A stretch of DNA of 64,000 nucleotides from positions 1-64,000 of IMG/VR virus record IMGVR_UViG_3300025121_000023. The stretch is one strand, 5' to 3'. The translations under genes and the position numbers were made by a program. The stretch is from a virus. Positions 1 through 10,643 of this stretch are shown one piece after another. The notes under the pieces are model-generated. The model was not told where the DNA came from. It searched no databases and saw only the letters and a list, made by a program, of their open reading frames with translations. The stretch's first letter is position 1. Each line of letters starts with the position of its first letter.

Positions 1-85
1 AATCTATTTTTTTTAATTTTTTCTATCATAATTGTTTGTATTTAGTTTATTTTAATATATTATATTTTTTATTATTTGTTTAATT

Positions 86-745
86 TTAAAAATTATTTAT
101 AATACTATGCACATCATTTTTACGTCTAAGAAAATTATATTTATAAACATTATTTTCATTAAGTAAGGTTCTTGCAAAATTAGCATCACGTTCATTAACT
201 AATAATCTATTCATATTTTCTAATTTATTATAAATACCATTTTCCATTAATAATGTTGATACTGTTAATAAACGATACATGGAAAATATTGCATTATCGT
301 ATTTTAACAAATTTGTTTCATAAATACATTCACCTTTATCAGTTAATTCTAAATTAGAAAATTTATTTTTATATTTTTGAATTTCTTTTTTAGCTTCATT
401 AAATTTTTCAGTATAATATAGTTTATCTTCTTTTACTTTTTCTTCAACTTTAGGTAGATGATTTATCCAACGTTCATATTCATTATAATTATCATCTTCA
501 TAAATTTCTATGTATTCTTTGTTCTTAATTTTTTCTATAAATTTTAAAGCCTTTGCTATATCCCAATCGATTATTTGACCAGTTTTAACATCAATTTCAA
601 ATTGTAATTCATCACTAGAAGAACAAATTGATAAATTTTCATAACCAGGTGAATAATTATCTTCGGCAAATATTATTTTATTGTTTTCTATTATTTCTGT
701 GCTAAATAAATCGTTATGTTTAGCATAAATTTTAATTTTTATCAT
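86..745 (-). CDS. hypothetical protein
   Basis: 219 aa ORF, no recognisable motif. Confidence 0.7.
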   Translation of the reverse strand: MIKIKIYAKHNDLFSTEIIENNKIIFAEDNYSPGYENLSICSSSDELQFEIDVKTGQIIDWDIAKALKFIEKIKNKEYIEIYEDDNYNEYERWINHLPKVEEKVKEDKLYYTEKFNEAKKEIQKYKNKFSNLELTDKGECIYETNLLKYDNAIFSMYRLLTVSTLLMENGIYNKLENMNRLLVNERDANFARTLLNENNVYKYNFLRRKNDVHSIINNF

Positions 746-772
746 TTTTTAAATATTGTTTATTTTATATTT

Positions 773-2422
773 TTATCCATAAATTGAATTTTTTCTATCA
801 ATTTCTATACATTTAACTTTTCCTTTGGGATCATTATAAATAGGTGCTTTTCCAGTCGTTAATATAAGCACCTTATGTTTGCATTCACTAAAATCTAATT
901 TATCTGTGTAACCATCCGTTAAAATCAAGGAGTTGTATAAATGTAGTTTATTTACTGGATTATTAATATAAGTAACAGCAGGTTGTAAAACAGTTCCACC
1001 ACCACCTTTAATAATCATCTTTTGTAAATCTCTTTTAGTTTTAATATCTTCTACAAGTTTAACAACTGTATCAATTTGTATTAAATTAATATGAATATCA
1101 TTTTGGAAAATATATGATAATACGTGTTCAAAATCTCCACTCATAGAACCAGATGTATCTAAAATACAATTTATAACATTTTTATATTTTTTCTTTCCTT
1201 TTAATCCTTCGATATCTCTTCTATGTGGTTTTGTAATTGATTTCTTTTTGGTATTACCAAATATATGATGTGATATAGTTCTTTTAATTTCTTTTAAATA
1301 ATTTCTTTTTGATTTACGTAATTTATTTAAAATAGATTCAATTTCAGCGGACACTAAACCTCGATTTTTTAATCGTTGCATAAAATCTCCAATAATAGAT
1401 TTTCTAGCTGCTTCTGGTACATCATCGTCAATATGGCTATCTATTGTTACTTGATTACCATTTTCGAAACTATCAAAAATAGAATCTAATGATTGACATT
1501 CAACACCATTTTGTCCATTTTTACCATAAACTGGATTACCAAAGCTATCTACGAGCTTATCTGGTTGTTCTGTTGGTACTTTGTTTTCATTTTGATGATT
1601 ACCTTGTCCACTACCTTTACCTGGTTTATTTCCTTTCCCTGTGCCATTTCCTGACATATTTCCATTACCTGACATATTTCCATTACCTTGTGTTTCTATA
1701 GTGTTTTCTATACCTATTAAGTTATTTGGTAAATTTACATTTTGAAGACCTCTACGTTTTTTATATTCACTATATTTATCTTTCATCCATTCATATAAAT
1801 CCTCGAATATATGCAAACCTTTATATTCTATTGGAACAAATACACCCATATTTTTTGCATAATAAGGATTAGCAATAGGATTACCATTTTTATCAAGATA
1901 AGGTTTATTTGTTTCTTTATTTATAAGATATGGTTCTTTGTGTTTAGGAATAGCAACTTTATCTTTAGTCTTGTCATGTTTCATTATATCATCCCATATA
2001 ATTTGATTAATAATCATATCTTGTACAATATTAGAAAAATTCTTATTGTATATAATAGATCGTTTTGAATGATCAAATAATAAATGAAAATCTTCGTGTA
2101 ATAATAAAAATAATGCTTCTTCACTAGATAGGCTATCAACGAATTTTCTATTCCAATAGAAATTCATTCCTTCTTTACTAATATTTACACCACAGGTTGG
2201 AAGTGATGTAGTTTCATAAAAATTTATAAATGTATTAAATTCAGCATAATACGGGAGTGTATTAGATGATAGCAACATAACAATTGTTTTAATAAATGTT
2301 TGATGCTCACCTTTACGTGAAATAATTTGTTTAGCATTTGTAATGCTTTTTTCTTTTTTAGCAGTTTTATCTGGAATTAGTCTTTCGGTTGAAAGATCTT
2401 TTACTTTATCTATATCGTTCAT
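773..2422 (-). CDS. HExxH metallopeptidase-like + VWA domain protein (DUF2201-like)
   Basis: LLHEDFHLLFDH zinc-binding motif, Gly/Asn-rich linker with (GNGNMS)2, C-terminal MIDAS DTSGSM...GGGGT...LTDGY. Confidence 0.85.
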   Translation of the reverse strand: MNDIDKVKDLSTERLIPDKTAKKEKSITNAKQIISRKGEHQTFIKTIVMLLSSNTLPYYAEFNTFINFYETTSLPTCGVNISKEGMNFYWNRKFVDSLSSEEALFLLLHEDFHLLFDHSKRSIIYNKNFSNIVQDMIINQIIWDDIMKHDKTKDKVAIPKHKEPYLINKETNKPYLDKNGNPIANPYYAKNMGVFVPIEYKGLHIFEDLYEWMKDKYSEYKKRRGLQNVNLPNNLIGIENTIETQGNGNMSGNGNMSGNGTGKGNKPGKGSGQGNHQNENKVPTEQPDKLVDSFGNPVYGKNGQNGVECQSLDSIFDSFENGNQVTIDSHIDDDVPEAARKSIIGDFMQRLKNRGLVSAEIESILNKLRKSKRNYLKEIKRTISHHIFGNTKKKSITKPHRRDIEGLKGKKKYKNVINCILDTSGSMSGDFEHVLSYIFQNDIHINLIQIDTVVKLVEDIKTKRDLQKMIIKGGGGTVLQPAVTYINNPVNKLHLYNSLILTDGYTDKLDFSECKHKVLILTTGKAPIYNDPKGKVKCIEIDRKNSIYG

Positions 2423-2502
2423 ACTTCGTATTTGTTTATATACAAAGTACTCAAAATAACTTAAAAATACAAATTATTTTGATATTATTTTAACAATTAT
2501 TT

Positions 2503-2778
2503 TTAAATATTATCTTCTTCTTCTTCTTCCTCAATTATATCTATTTTTCTAAAATCTAAAATAGTTTTATTAAAAAATCTTTTAGATTTTGGGGTTTTAA
2601 GTAATTCTATCAAATTAATAAACGCATATATTATGAAAAAAATTATCATAATTGCACCCAATAAAAAAGAAATAAGTATATCTTTAAAAGATATTGTTTC
2701 TCTTTCCATTATAGATCCTAAAATCAAAAATATTAATCCAATTACTAACCACAACAATATCCATAAAGTCCAATGCAT
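2503..2778 (-). CDS. small two-TM membrane protein (paralogue of 2798-3055)
   Basis: two hydrophobic segments, TILDFRK C-terminal motif, acidic tail. Confidence 0.6.
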   Translation of the reverse strand: MHWTLWILLWLVIGLIFLILGSIMERETISFKDILISFLLGAIMIIFFIIYAFINLIELLKTPKSKRFFNKTILDFRKIDIIEEEEEEDNI

Positions 2779-2797
2779 AATTTTTTATTTTTTAAAG

Positions 2798-3055
2798 TTA
2801 ATATCCATCATCTTCTTCTTGCTGATGTATTTCATAATTTTCGTCTTTATCTCTAAAATCAAATAATGTTATATTTTCTAAATAGCTTATTCCTTTTAAT
2901 GAAAAATAAACTAAAAAGCCAATACCTGTAAAACCCCCACATAATGTTAATCCTAATAGTTCTAGGACGGATATATTCTTTTTTTGATACTTTCGTATTG
3001 ATACTATTGATACAAACCCAATTGATAACCAATATAATATAAAAAATGCCCACAT
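2798..3055 (-). CDS. small two-TM membrane protein
   Basis: two hydrophobic segments, TLFDFRD motif, acidic tail. Confidence 0.6.
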   Translation of the reverse strand: MWAFFILYWLSIGFVSIVSIRKYQKKNISVLELLGLTLCGGFTGIGFLVYFSLKGISYLENITLFDFRDKDENYEIHQQEEDDGY

Positions 3056-3074
3056 AATTTTTTAATTTAAAGAT

Positions 3075-3509
3075 TTACATAAAATTAACAATATCTCTCA
3101 TTGACAATGTTATATCTTTTGACCATTCACGAACTACAGTAATAGGTTTTTCTGTATAATTTATTTTAACTTTAAAGGAACCTTTAAAATGACCAATTGT
3201 TTTTGCTGCCATTTTATCATAAATATTTGAACTCTTAATGTCTTCGACATCTTCACTAACTTTTTCGATAATAATATCAGTCGGCATATATGCAATATTA
3301 AAATGCTTATATATGTTTTCTTCATCATCTACAATATCAATTAATTTTTTTACTGTTGCTTCATTTACATAGCCCAATATTGAATGTGAATAATAACCTC
3401 CACCGTTTTGTTTAATGAATTTCTTTTTTGCACCTTTTGCATTTTTAAGACTTGAAGCGAATTCTTCTACCGTGTAAGTGTTTCCTGGTATTAAAATAGT
3501 TTTTTTCAT
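3075..3509 (-). CDS. hypothetical protein
   Basis: 144 aa ORF co-oriented with neighbours. Confidence 0.65.
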   Translation of the reverse strand: MKKTILIPGNTYTVEEFASSLKNAKGAKKKFIKQNGGGYYSHSILGYVNEATVKKLIDIVDDEENIYKHFNIAYMPTDIIIEKVSEDVEDIKSSNIYDKMAAKTIGHFKGSFKVKINYTEKPITVVREWSKDITLSMRDIVNFM

Positions 3510-3544
3510 TTAGTAATAAATTTAATTTAAATAATATAGATGAA

Positions 3545-4723
3545 TTAATCAGTAATTCTTAATATTTTTTTACATAGATTAACTTCTTCAGCATTTCCAG
3601 TGTTTTTTCCTGGGTTATCAGATAATTTAATAGCGTAATTCCATTCACCATTAACTAATACTTCTGAAATTTTTATAACCATATTTAAAGGTTTAATACC
3701 ATAATCATTCGTTAAGTGTGTGCCGATCCCGAAACTACTTTTTATTTTTCCAACACAATATTCTTTTATTTCCGCTGCCTGGGTTACATTTAATCCATCA
3801 CTAAATATAATTGTTTTAGACGTTGGATCAATGCCTAGTTTTTTATAATGTGCAATAACTTTATCCACAAACTCAAATGGATCCCCCGAATCATGTCTTA
3901 CACTTGTGAAAAGAGATGCAAATTTGAAATTAAATGATTTCAAAAATACATCTAATGTGAATGTGTCTGGCAACACTGTTCCTAATAATCCATCACCATA
4001 TGTATCAAGCCACATATCCATTACCATTTTATTAGCCATTCTATAACCATATAGCGTTGCAAGTGTCATGATTAACTCATGTGCCATCGAACCAACACAA
4101 TTTACATTATATTTCATTGCAAAATGAACATTAGATGTTCCAACAAATACGTGTGTATTGTGTGTAGAATATAGACTAACTATTTTATCTTGACTTGCAT
4201 ATGATTTTCTACGTCTTGTTCCGAAATCAGCAAAATATGCATTATGCTTTTTCATTATTGATAACTTATGCAAATCATTATTAATAAAATCTACATCCCA
4301 AACATTAATGTCTTGTCCAGTTTCAATAAAGTATAATTGTGATATTAATGCCATTAAAGGGACTTCAAATAATATTGTTCTATACCAATAACCTTCAATT
4401 TCAATATTTAATTTATTATTTTCATCTAATGATACGTTAACTTCATTAGAATCGTATCTATAACCATAAAGGAAATCAACATATGTTGGTGGTAAGAAGT
4501 GTCCTAATTTATTATTTAAAAAATCTGCTTCGAGTTTAGTTAAAGCAAGTGTTTCCATAAGTTTTATTTCTTCCTTTAATTTAATATCGAATCCATCAGG
4601 AAAAGAAATTTGATTTCTATCTGTGAATTTATATTTAACTTTTAATCTAGGGAATAACTTAATAACTGCATTTTGCATACTATACTTGTAAAGGTCATTA
4701 TCGAGCATCGAACAGATAATCAT
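3545..4723 (-). CDS. pncB: nicotinate phosphoribosyltransferase
   Basis: LDNDLYK, FADFGTRRR, GTSNV, MAHE, RHDSGDP, FSDGL, FGIGT, KLSDNPGK motifs of NAPRTase. Confidence 0.95.
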   Translation of the reverse strand: MIICSMLDNDLYKYSMQNAVIKLFPRLKVKYKFTDRNQISFPDGFDIKLKEEIKLMETLALTKLEADFLNNKLGHFLPPTYVDFLYGYRYDSNEVNVSLDENNKLNIEIEGYWYRTILFEVPLMALISQLYFIETGQDINVWDVDFINNDLHKLSIMKKHNAYFADFGTRRRKSYASQDKIVSLYSTHNTHVFVGTSNVHFAMKYNVNCVGSMAHELIMTLATLYGYRMANKMVMDMWLDTYGDGLLGTVLPDTFTLDVFLKSFNFKFASLFTSVRHDSGDPFEFVDKVIAHYKKLGIDPTSKTIIFSDGLNVTQAAEIKEYCVGKIKSSFGIGTHLTNDYGIKPLNMVIKISEVLVNGEWNYAIKLSDNPGKNTGNAEEVNLCKKILRITD

Positions 4724-4751
4724 AATATTATATTTTTAAATTAATAATATA

Positions 4752-4782
4752 CAAATATACAAATAATTAATTTATAAACAAA
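4752..4782 (-). promoter_or_regulatory. Bacteroidota primary-sigma promoter upstream of pncB
   Basis: minus strand TTTG-N19-TATATTTG matches -33 TTTG / -7 TAnnTTTG. Confidence 0.75.
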
Positions 4783-4787
4783 ACACT

Positions 4788-5123
4788 TTAACTTTTAATA
4801 AAATTTATACATGGTGATAATGTTTCTTTATAAAATTTTTGAACTACAGGTACATTTCCATTCAAATGTATCATTTTAAAAAAATATCTATCTTTAGTTT
4901 CAAATACTTCTGTTCCTATTCCAAGTTCTTTAAAACCATTATAACCAAAAACTTTATTAAGATGCCCAATTAAAATAGGTGTTTCTTCAATAGAAATTAA
5001 TTCTTCTTTAACTGGAATTAATTCTTCTTTTGGTAGTTTGATTATTAAATTAATAATATCTTGTACTATAGCATCATTGTTAATATTATAATTTTTTAAT
5101 ATTTTTTGTATTTTTGTTTTCAT
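4788..5123 (-). CDS. hypothetical protein (likely ATG start at 5123)
   Basis: ORF track starts at a GTG inside the parS-like palindrome; ATG at 5123 is more plausible. Confidence 0.6.
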   Translation of the reverse strand: MKTKIQKILKNYNINNDAIVQDIINLIIKLPKEELIPVKEELISIEETPILIGHLNKVFGYNGFKELGIGTEVFETKDRYFFKMIHLNGNVPVVQKFYKETLSPCINFIKS

Positions 5124-5130
5124 AATTTTA

Positions 5131-5146
5131 TGTTCCACGTGGAACT
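5131..5146. promoter_or_regulatory. parS-like centromere palindrome
   Basis: TGTTCCACGTGGAACT, 15/16 identical to the perfect copy at 34081; intergenic if the ORF starts at 5123. Confidence 0.75.
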
Positions 5147-5151
5147 TTTAT

Positions 5152-5607
5152 TTATTGTGGTTGTAATTCTAATAATGCTAAATCAGTAATAAGTAATTCT
5201 AAAGTTGGTAATAATTTTGCATTTAAAGATGCAAAAACTCTTTCGGAACCTCGATATATAACTAAATTATCTAATTTTAATACGGTTCTATGTAAACCAC
5301 CTACTGTTACATGCATAGTTATATTTAATCCTTGTAGTTCCAATGAAAATTGTGTCGTATCATATCCTATTTTTTCTACATCTATTACAGTTTTATATGT
5401 AAAATGTAATTTATTATTATATGCTACAATATTTGACACATTTTTATTTTTTTGATATGCTTTTACAAGATCATCAATAGTAACACCGTTATAAAATATT
5501 TTAAATTTTAAATCTTTATCATTATATAAATCACTTGTAATATTTGTATGATTACAAGAAGTAAATAACATTAAAAAAGGTAATACTAAATAAATTATTT
5601 TTTTCAT
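5152..5607 (-). CDS. putative lipoprotein
   Basis: MKK + hydrophobic stretch + FTSC lipobox. Confidence 0.7.
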   Translation of the reverse strand: MKKIIYLVLPFLMLFTSCNHTNITSDLYNDKDLKFKIFYNGVTIDDLVKAYQKNKNVSNIVAYNNKLHFTYKTVIDVEKIGYDTTQFSLELQGLNITMHVTVGGLHRTVLKLDNLVIYRGSERVFASLNAKLLPTLELLITDLALLELQPQ

Positions 5608-5872
5608 TTTTATAAATTTTAGTTATACATTATATTGCTTAATTTGTTCGTCAGTAAAAATCATTCTGAAGTCAGAACGTCTTAATCTTAAACGACCATA
5701 ATATTGCATTGCAATACCTATAATATCAGTTCTCCATCTTATTCTTAGTTCAGTATTTTGATCTTCAAGAATTGCGCACCCAATAGCATTAGTCAAAATT
5801 CTTTTTTGTTGATCTTCATCTAATTTTTTAAATTTTCTAATTATAGGCATAATTAAATGTTATTCATTAGCA

Positions 5873-5903
5873 CAAAGATACGAATAAATATATAATTTAC
5901 AAA
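5873..5903 (-). promoter_or_regulatory. Bacteroidota primary-sigma promoter
   Basis: TTTG-N19-TATCTTTG on minus strand. Confidence 0.75.
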
Positions 5904-5907
5904 ATTA

Positions 5908-6453
5908 TTACCAATAAATATTGAAAGTGCAAGATTCTCCACCCATTAAACGAGTTTCTTTTGATTTATCTAAATAAACACCATAATCAATAGTGTCTAA
6001 TGGTTTATATTTACGAAGCATATATGTAATTATTCCTCTATCAAAATCTGATGGATAAGGGTTTTTACAAATCATAATCGCTTTTCTATGTTTTTCATCA
6101 AATCTAGTTAATTCATAATGTCCTATATTACCACCTTTATGATTTAAATGATATGAAATATCTATACTTTTTAAAGCACCTTGTAAATCATTAAAACCAT
6201 TAGACCATAATGCAGTTTTTGGTATTAATTTACCTATTAAGAAAAGAGTTGTTGTACCAATAGTTTCGTACATTTCTTTAAACGCATTTAACCAATCTTG
6301 TTGACTATACCATTTATTAATTTCAGGATTTATATTATATTTATTTAATATTTGTATTCTTTTATCTTTATTAGATGATAATATATTAACTACAGATAAT
6401 ATAGCCTCACCAGTAACTTTAACATCTTTATCAAACGCAATAAATTGTGCCAT
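5908..6453 (-). CDS. V4R-like small ligand-binding protein
   Basis: CKNPYPSDFDRGII and GGESCTFNIYW resemble V4R/H-NOX-like folds. Confidence 0.5.
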   Translation of the reverse strand: MAQFIAFDKDVKVTGEAILSVVNILSSNKDKRIQILNKYNINPEINKWYSQQDWLNAFKEMYETIGTTTLFLIGKLIPKTALWSNGFNDLQGALKSIDISYHLNHKGGNIGHYELTRFDEKHRKAIMICKNPYPSDFDRGIITYMLRKYKPLDTIDYGVYLDKSKETRLMGGESCTFNIYW

Positions 6454-6525
6454 TAAAATTTAATTATTTTTTATCTGTTTATATATAAATTATACAAACT
6501 ACAAAAAGCTTACCATTATTGGTAA

Positions 6526-6921
6526 TTAGTTAAAACTTAACATTAATTTTATATATTCGTCAAAGAAATTTTGCACAGAACCTAATGGTTTGCCATTTTC
6601 ATTTAATAAAATTTCTACGGAAGTACCTTTACCTTTTGCGCTGAATATGATAGCCTTACAACCATCACATTCAACTAACCAAGCATAATTATTATATTCA
6701 TAACGAAACATAAAATCTTGTTTACCCCATAATTCTTTGAATTCGTCAACTTTAGAAGATACTATTTTAGACATTTTTATAATTTCTTCTTCGGATCTAC
6801 TATCATATATTTTTCTTGTATATTCGCGAAAGCAATTAAAATTATCTATTCGTTTAGTAGGTATTAAACTATTTTTATATTTAAGTCCAAATCCTAAAGG
6901 AGCAACAATTTTATTAATCAT
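6526..6921 (-). CDS. hypothetical protein
   Basis: 131 aa ORF. Confidence 0.6.
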   Translation of the reverse strand: MINKIVAPLGFGLKYKNSLIPTKRIDNFNCFREYTRKIYDSRSEEEIIKMSKIVSSKVDEFKELWGKQDFMFRYEYNNYAWLVECDGCKAIIFSAKGKGTSVEILLNENGKPLGSVQNFFDEYIKLMLSFN

Positions 6922-6986
6922 AGTATAATATTATTTTTCATTATATATTTATTTTAAAAATTACAAGTAGTTAAAAAAATAGAAAA

Positions 6987-7610
6987 TTAAATTATTTTAA
7001 CACCTAATTTTTTTAGTTCATCGATTATTTTAGGTTTATCATCATTATTTATAAATCGAATCGCATCTATGATAAAAGAAGTATCAAAATATTTAACAGC
7101 GTCTATTGCTGTATCTTTACAACAGTAATCTCCAGCCAATCCTGTAATGTGAACTTCTGTTACACCTTTCATTTGTAAAAATTCTAATAAACCATTTGAT
7201 TTATCAGGTAATCCACCAAATCCAGAATATGGATGAAAATTAGTATCTTCACCTTTACGGAAAATGAAGGTATTAGGAAGATCAAGATTTAAATCCTCGT
7301 GGAAACAGGCACCAACAGTATATTGAACACAATGATCAGGCCAAAGTGTATCTGTTAATCCATTTACTTCATAACTATCAAATGGATTTTTACCTGGATG
7401 TTGTGAAGCAAATGCTGTATGTTTACGCGGGTGCCAATCCATAGTGAATATAATAATATCATATCCACCTGATGCACCTAATTTATTTATTAATGGAATA
7501 ATTTTATCACCATCTTTTACTGCTAATGCACCACCTAATTTTTTTGCATAATCTTCAGGTGTAGCAGGCATAAAATCTTTTTGACAATCTACGTTTATTA
7601 ATGCTTTCAT
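6987..7610 (-). CDS. pncA: nicotinamidase/pyrazinamidase
   Basis: VDCQKDF, GGALAV, DWHP, WPDHCVQ, RKG, YSGF, GLAGDYCCKDTAID. Confidence 0.93.
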   Translation of the reverse strand: MKALINVDCQKDFMPATPEDYAKKLGGALAVKDGDKIIPLINKLGASGGYDIIIFTMDWHPRKHTAFASQHPGKNPFDSYEVNGLTDTLWPDHCVQYTVGACFHEDLNLDLPNTFIFRKGEDTNFHPYSGFGGLPDKSNGLLEFLQMKGVTEVHITGLAGDYCCKDTAIDAVKYFDTSFIIDAIRFINNDDKPKIIDELKKLGVKII

Positions 7611-8070
7611 ATTATTTGTTTTTAATTTATTTTTAAATTTATATTTTCGCGAGTATCTAAAATACTTTTAATAATTTCTAAATAAGCTTCCCAATTTTTA
7701 AATATTTGTTTACTATCGATTTCATTAGGATTACATTCATAATTTTTTAGATTTACATAAATATTTTTTATCATTTGATTTTCTACCACATTTACAAATG
7801 TAATCTGGATTTTTCTGCCTTTTTTTATTATTTTTTTTACATAATGTCTTTGCCATAATTATTTAATTTATTCTTCAAAACCAGCCATAAATAATAAATA
7901 GAATCCATATCCTACATAAGTTGATAATAATAATAATAATATAATTAAAAATAATGGGTTTAATAATATGAACCAAAATATTGTTAATATTTTACCTAAT
8001 TTATCTTTTAATAAAGTATTAGGTAAAAAGAATACCCAATTTAATATAAATTTGCTTAAATTTTCCATAT

Positions 8071-9135
8071 TTATTTTACCTTAATCAAATCATTAGCAAA
8101 ATATGCACTTACTCTATCTTCTTTTCCATACGGTTTGAAATATAGTTGCCCATCATCTTTTTTGTATATTTTATGTTCACCATCTTTTTGAACATCTACA
8201 ATATCACCTTCTTTTAATTCTACTTCAAATTTATCATAACATTTTACATATTTATCTGTATAAAGTTTATTTTTATAAATATAACTTAATACTTTAGGAT
8301 GTAACATAGTATCTATTGCTTTAAATCTACATAAATTATCATTTTTTGTTAAATGAAATCTTATATCAGTAGATGATATTTCATCAATACTATTATCATT
8401 TTTTAAAAAAATGTGTGGTGGTTTTAAATACCAAACAACATTTTCATTTCTTTCAATACCTTTTCTTGGAACAACAACAAATCTAACCATTCTTTCAAGT
8501 TCTTGAAAATTAACCCACTTATCAAAACTGTTAGCGTTGTCCAATCCAATTATCATACTGAAGTTATATTTTCCTTCATATTCGGATTCTTCTTTAAGTC
8601 TTTTAAATAAATTAAAAGTTTCACCTGCTAACTTATTTTTTATTTCAAAATCACATACTTTAATTCGACCATCAACTTCTGCTGCTAATTTACACATTTC
8701 TAATCTATCATCAGGTGATTCCATATGTTTTCCTAACATATGAGAGTATGCGGGCATTAGCCACACTTCATCAAACATACCAGATGTATTTAATACAAAT
8801 TTAGCAAGTTCAATATGTGAATTATGAATAGGGTTAAAAGCGCCACCTAGGATAGCTACTTTTACTTTTCTTCCTAATGTTTTATATTGTAATGTACGTT
8901 TATTTATTTTGGTAATAGTGTTTTCAATTAATTCTTCGGCATCCCATTCACTTTCATTACATAATTGTAATAAAGATGATAGTAAATCACCAGCTTCTTC
9001 TTTAAGGTTTTTTACATCTTGCCATTTAATTAATTCTAAAAATTCATTTTGAATATCTAAAAGACGTTCTGATAATGGAGTATATCCGAAGTTTTCTTTA
9101 AATACATTATTTATTTTATTTTGTATTTCTTTCAT
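8071..9135 (-). CDS. nadD: MazG-like NTP pyrophosphatase fused to nicotinate-nucleotide adenylyltransferase
   Basis: N-terminal ExxE...KEEAGDLL helical MazG-like motif; GGAFNPIHNSH (HxGH-like), IIGLDN, ISSTDIR of NadD; extra C-terminal tail. Confidence 0.88.
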   Translation of the reverse strand: MKEIQNKINNVFKENFGYTPLSERLLDIQNEFLELIKWQDVKNLKEEAGDLLSSLLQLCNESEWDAEELIENTITKINKRTLQYKTLGRKVKVAILGGAFNPIHNSHIELAKFVLNTSGMFDEVWLMPAYSHMLGKHMESPDDRLEMCKLAAEVDGRIKVCDFEIKNKLAGETFNLFKRLKEESEYEGKYNFSMIIGLDNANSFDKWVNFQELERMVRFVVVPRKGIERNENVVWYLKPPHIFLKNDNSIDEISSTDIRFHLTKNDNLCRFKAIDTMLHPKVLSYIYKNKLYTDKYVKCYDKFEVELKEGDIVDVQKDGEHKIYKKDDGQLYFKPYGKEDRVSAYFANDLIKVK

Positions 9136-9190
9136 ATATTTATAATTTTCATTAAAGATAATAAAAATAATCGTTTTAACCTAATTAATT

Positions 9191-9592
9191 TTAAAGCGTC
9201 CAAAAATTACCATACATATTTATATTATGATTTGATGTTATTCCTTTTTGCACGAATATATTCCAATTTTTACTCCAGGAATTAAGACAAAGATATAAAT
9301 CTTTTAAATATTTATATCTTTCAAATTCAGTATCAAAATTACATTTTATTTTATGTTCAGGTTTTAAAAAAGATTTTTCAGGAATTACAAAAGTTTTAGA
9401 ATATATTTCACCATTATCAAACGAGTATAATTTAAATCCATTTTCATCAGAATAATATACATTTTTATATTCATCAATAGAATCATATAAAAAATCATTA
9501 TCCCAAAAGTGAATTATTATTTCTAATGTATTATGTTTATTATATAATATAAATTCTAATATAAATTTATTCATTTTTTCATTACCGTTCAT
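9191..9592 (-). CDS. hypothetical protein, 'ERY' paralogue family
   Basis: FDTEFERYKYLKDLY...W motif shared with 40129, 40517, 51666. Confidence 0.65.
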   Translation of the reverse strand: MNGNEKMNKFILEFILYNKHNTLEIIIHFWDNDFLYDSIDEYKNVYYSDENGFKLYSFDNGEIYSKTFVIPEKSFLKPEHKIKCNFDTEFERYKYLKDLYLCLNSWSKNWNIFVQKGITSNHNINMYGNFWTL

Positions 9593-9798
9593 TTACCTAT
9601 GAACTTTGATTATCGTTATATATTTCAATTTCGTCTTTTGTCATTGGAATAACCTTAAACATGAATGTCGCAGAACCTTGCTGTTTTATAAATGTCCAAC
9701 ATTCTTTTTCAGTTCCACTAAAACATTCTTGTTCCTCATCTACAGTATAAAGCAAATCTAATACTTTGTGTGTTTTCATATTTAATTTTTTTTTGTTA

Positions 9799-10515
9799 TT
9801 ATGCTACTTTTATAAATTGTTTAACAACTCCTGCAAAAATATCAGTTTTAAATACTTCAAGAACTTTTATAGTTATTTTTTTTCCTTTTGTTCTTTGTGC
9901 CTTTCCATTAATAACAGGCATAATGTATGGATACAATCCACTAACTTCTTTTCCATCAATACAAACAACACTTAATTCTATATAATTAAATATCGCATCT
10001 GTACATACATCATTATCATAAGAAATAAAACCATTTCTTGTAAATTCAATTTCAACAACATCATCTACTTTTAGTAAATTCTTGCTGTTAATTTCATCCT
10101 GTTTTGCTTTTTCGATTGCTTCAAAATGAGCAATATATTTTGGGTGATTAATAATGAATTTTGAAGTTTGTCCACCATAATTATTTGCACACCATAGGCA
10201 ATATTGAAAATCAATTTCTATCACTTCGTCAATTAATTTACCTGCATATTTACCACTCCAAAAATAACCTTCTGGTAAATCAAGTTTTTCATTACGAGTA
10301 AAAGAACTTGTACCTCTTAATTCAATATCGATTTCCACACCAGGATATAATGATTTTACTTTATTAATATCAGTAGAAACATTCTTAATGTAATAATACT
10401 TATGATCAACACCTGTTTGATGATGATTACCATAACTATCAGTTCGATATTGTTTTACTGCTTCATAATCCCAAAGGGTGTAAAATTGTGTAGCGAATCC
10501 AATTATTTTTTTCAT
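9799..10515 (-). CDS. hypothetical phage protein
   Basis: 238 aa ORF; FWSGKYAGK...YCLW resembles the FGKYKG...YLxW (DUF3820-like) motif. Confidence 0.6.
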   Translation of the reverse strand: MKKIIGFATQFYTLWDYEAVKQYRTDSYGNHHQTGVDHKYYYIKNVSTDINKVKSLYPGVEIDIELRGTSSFTRNEKLDLPEGYFWSGKYAGKLIDEVIEIDFQYCLWCANNYGGQTSKFIINHPKYIAHFEAIEKAKQDEINSKNLLKVDDVVEIEFTRNGFISYDNDVCTDAIFNYIELSVVCIDGKEVSGLYPYIMPVINGKAQRTKGKKITIKVLEVFKTDIFAGVVKQFIKVA

Positions 10516-10643
10516 AATTTAGGATATTAATTATTCTGTAAAAGTAATACAAATAATTGTATTTTGCAAATATTTACTAATTCGTTTTTGGACCAATCAT
10601 AAGTTGCTAATTATTAATACATAAAATTAATAAAAAACAATAT

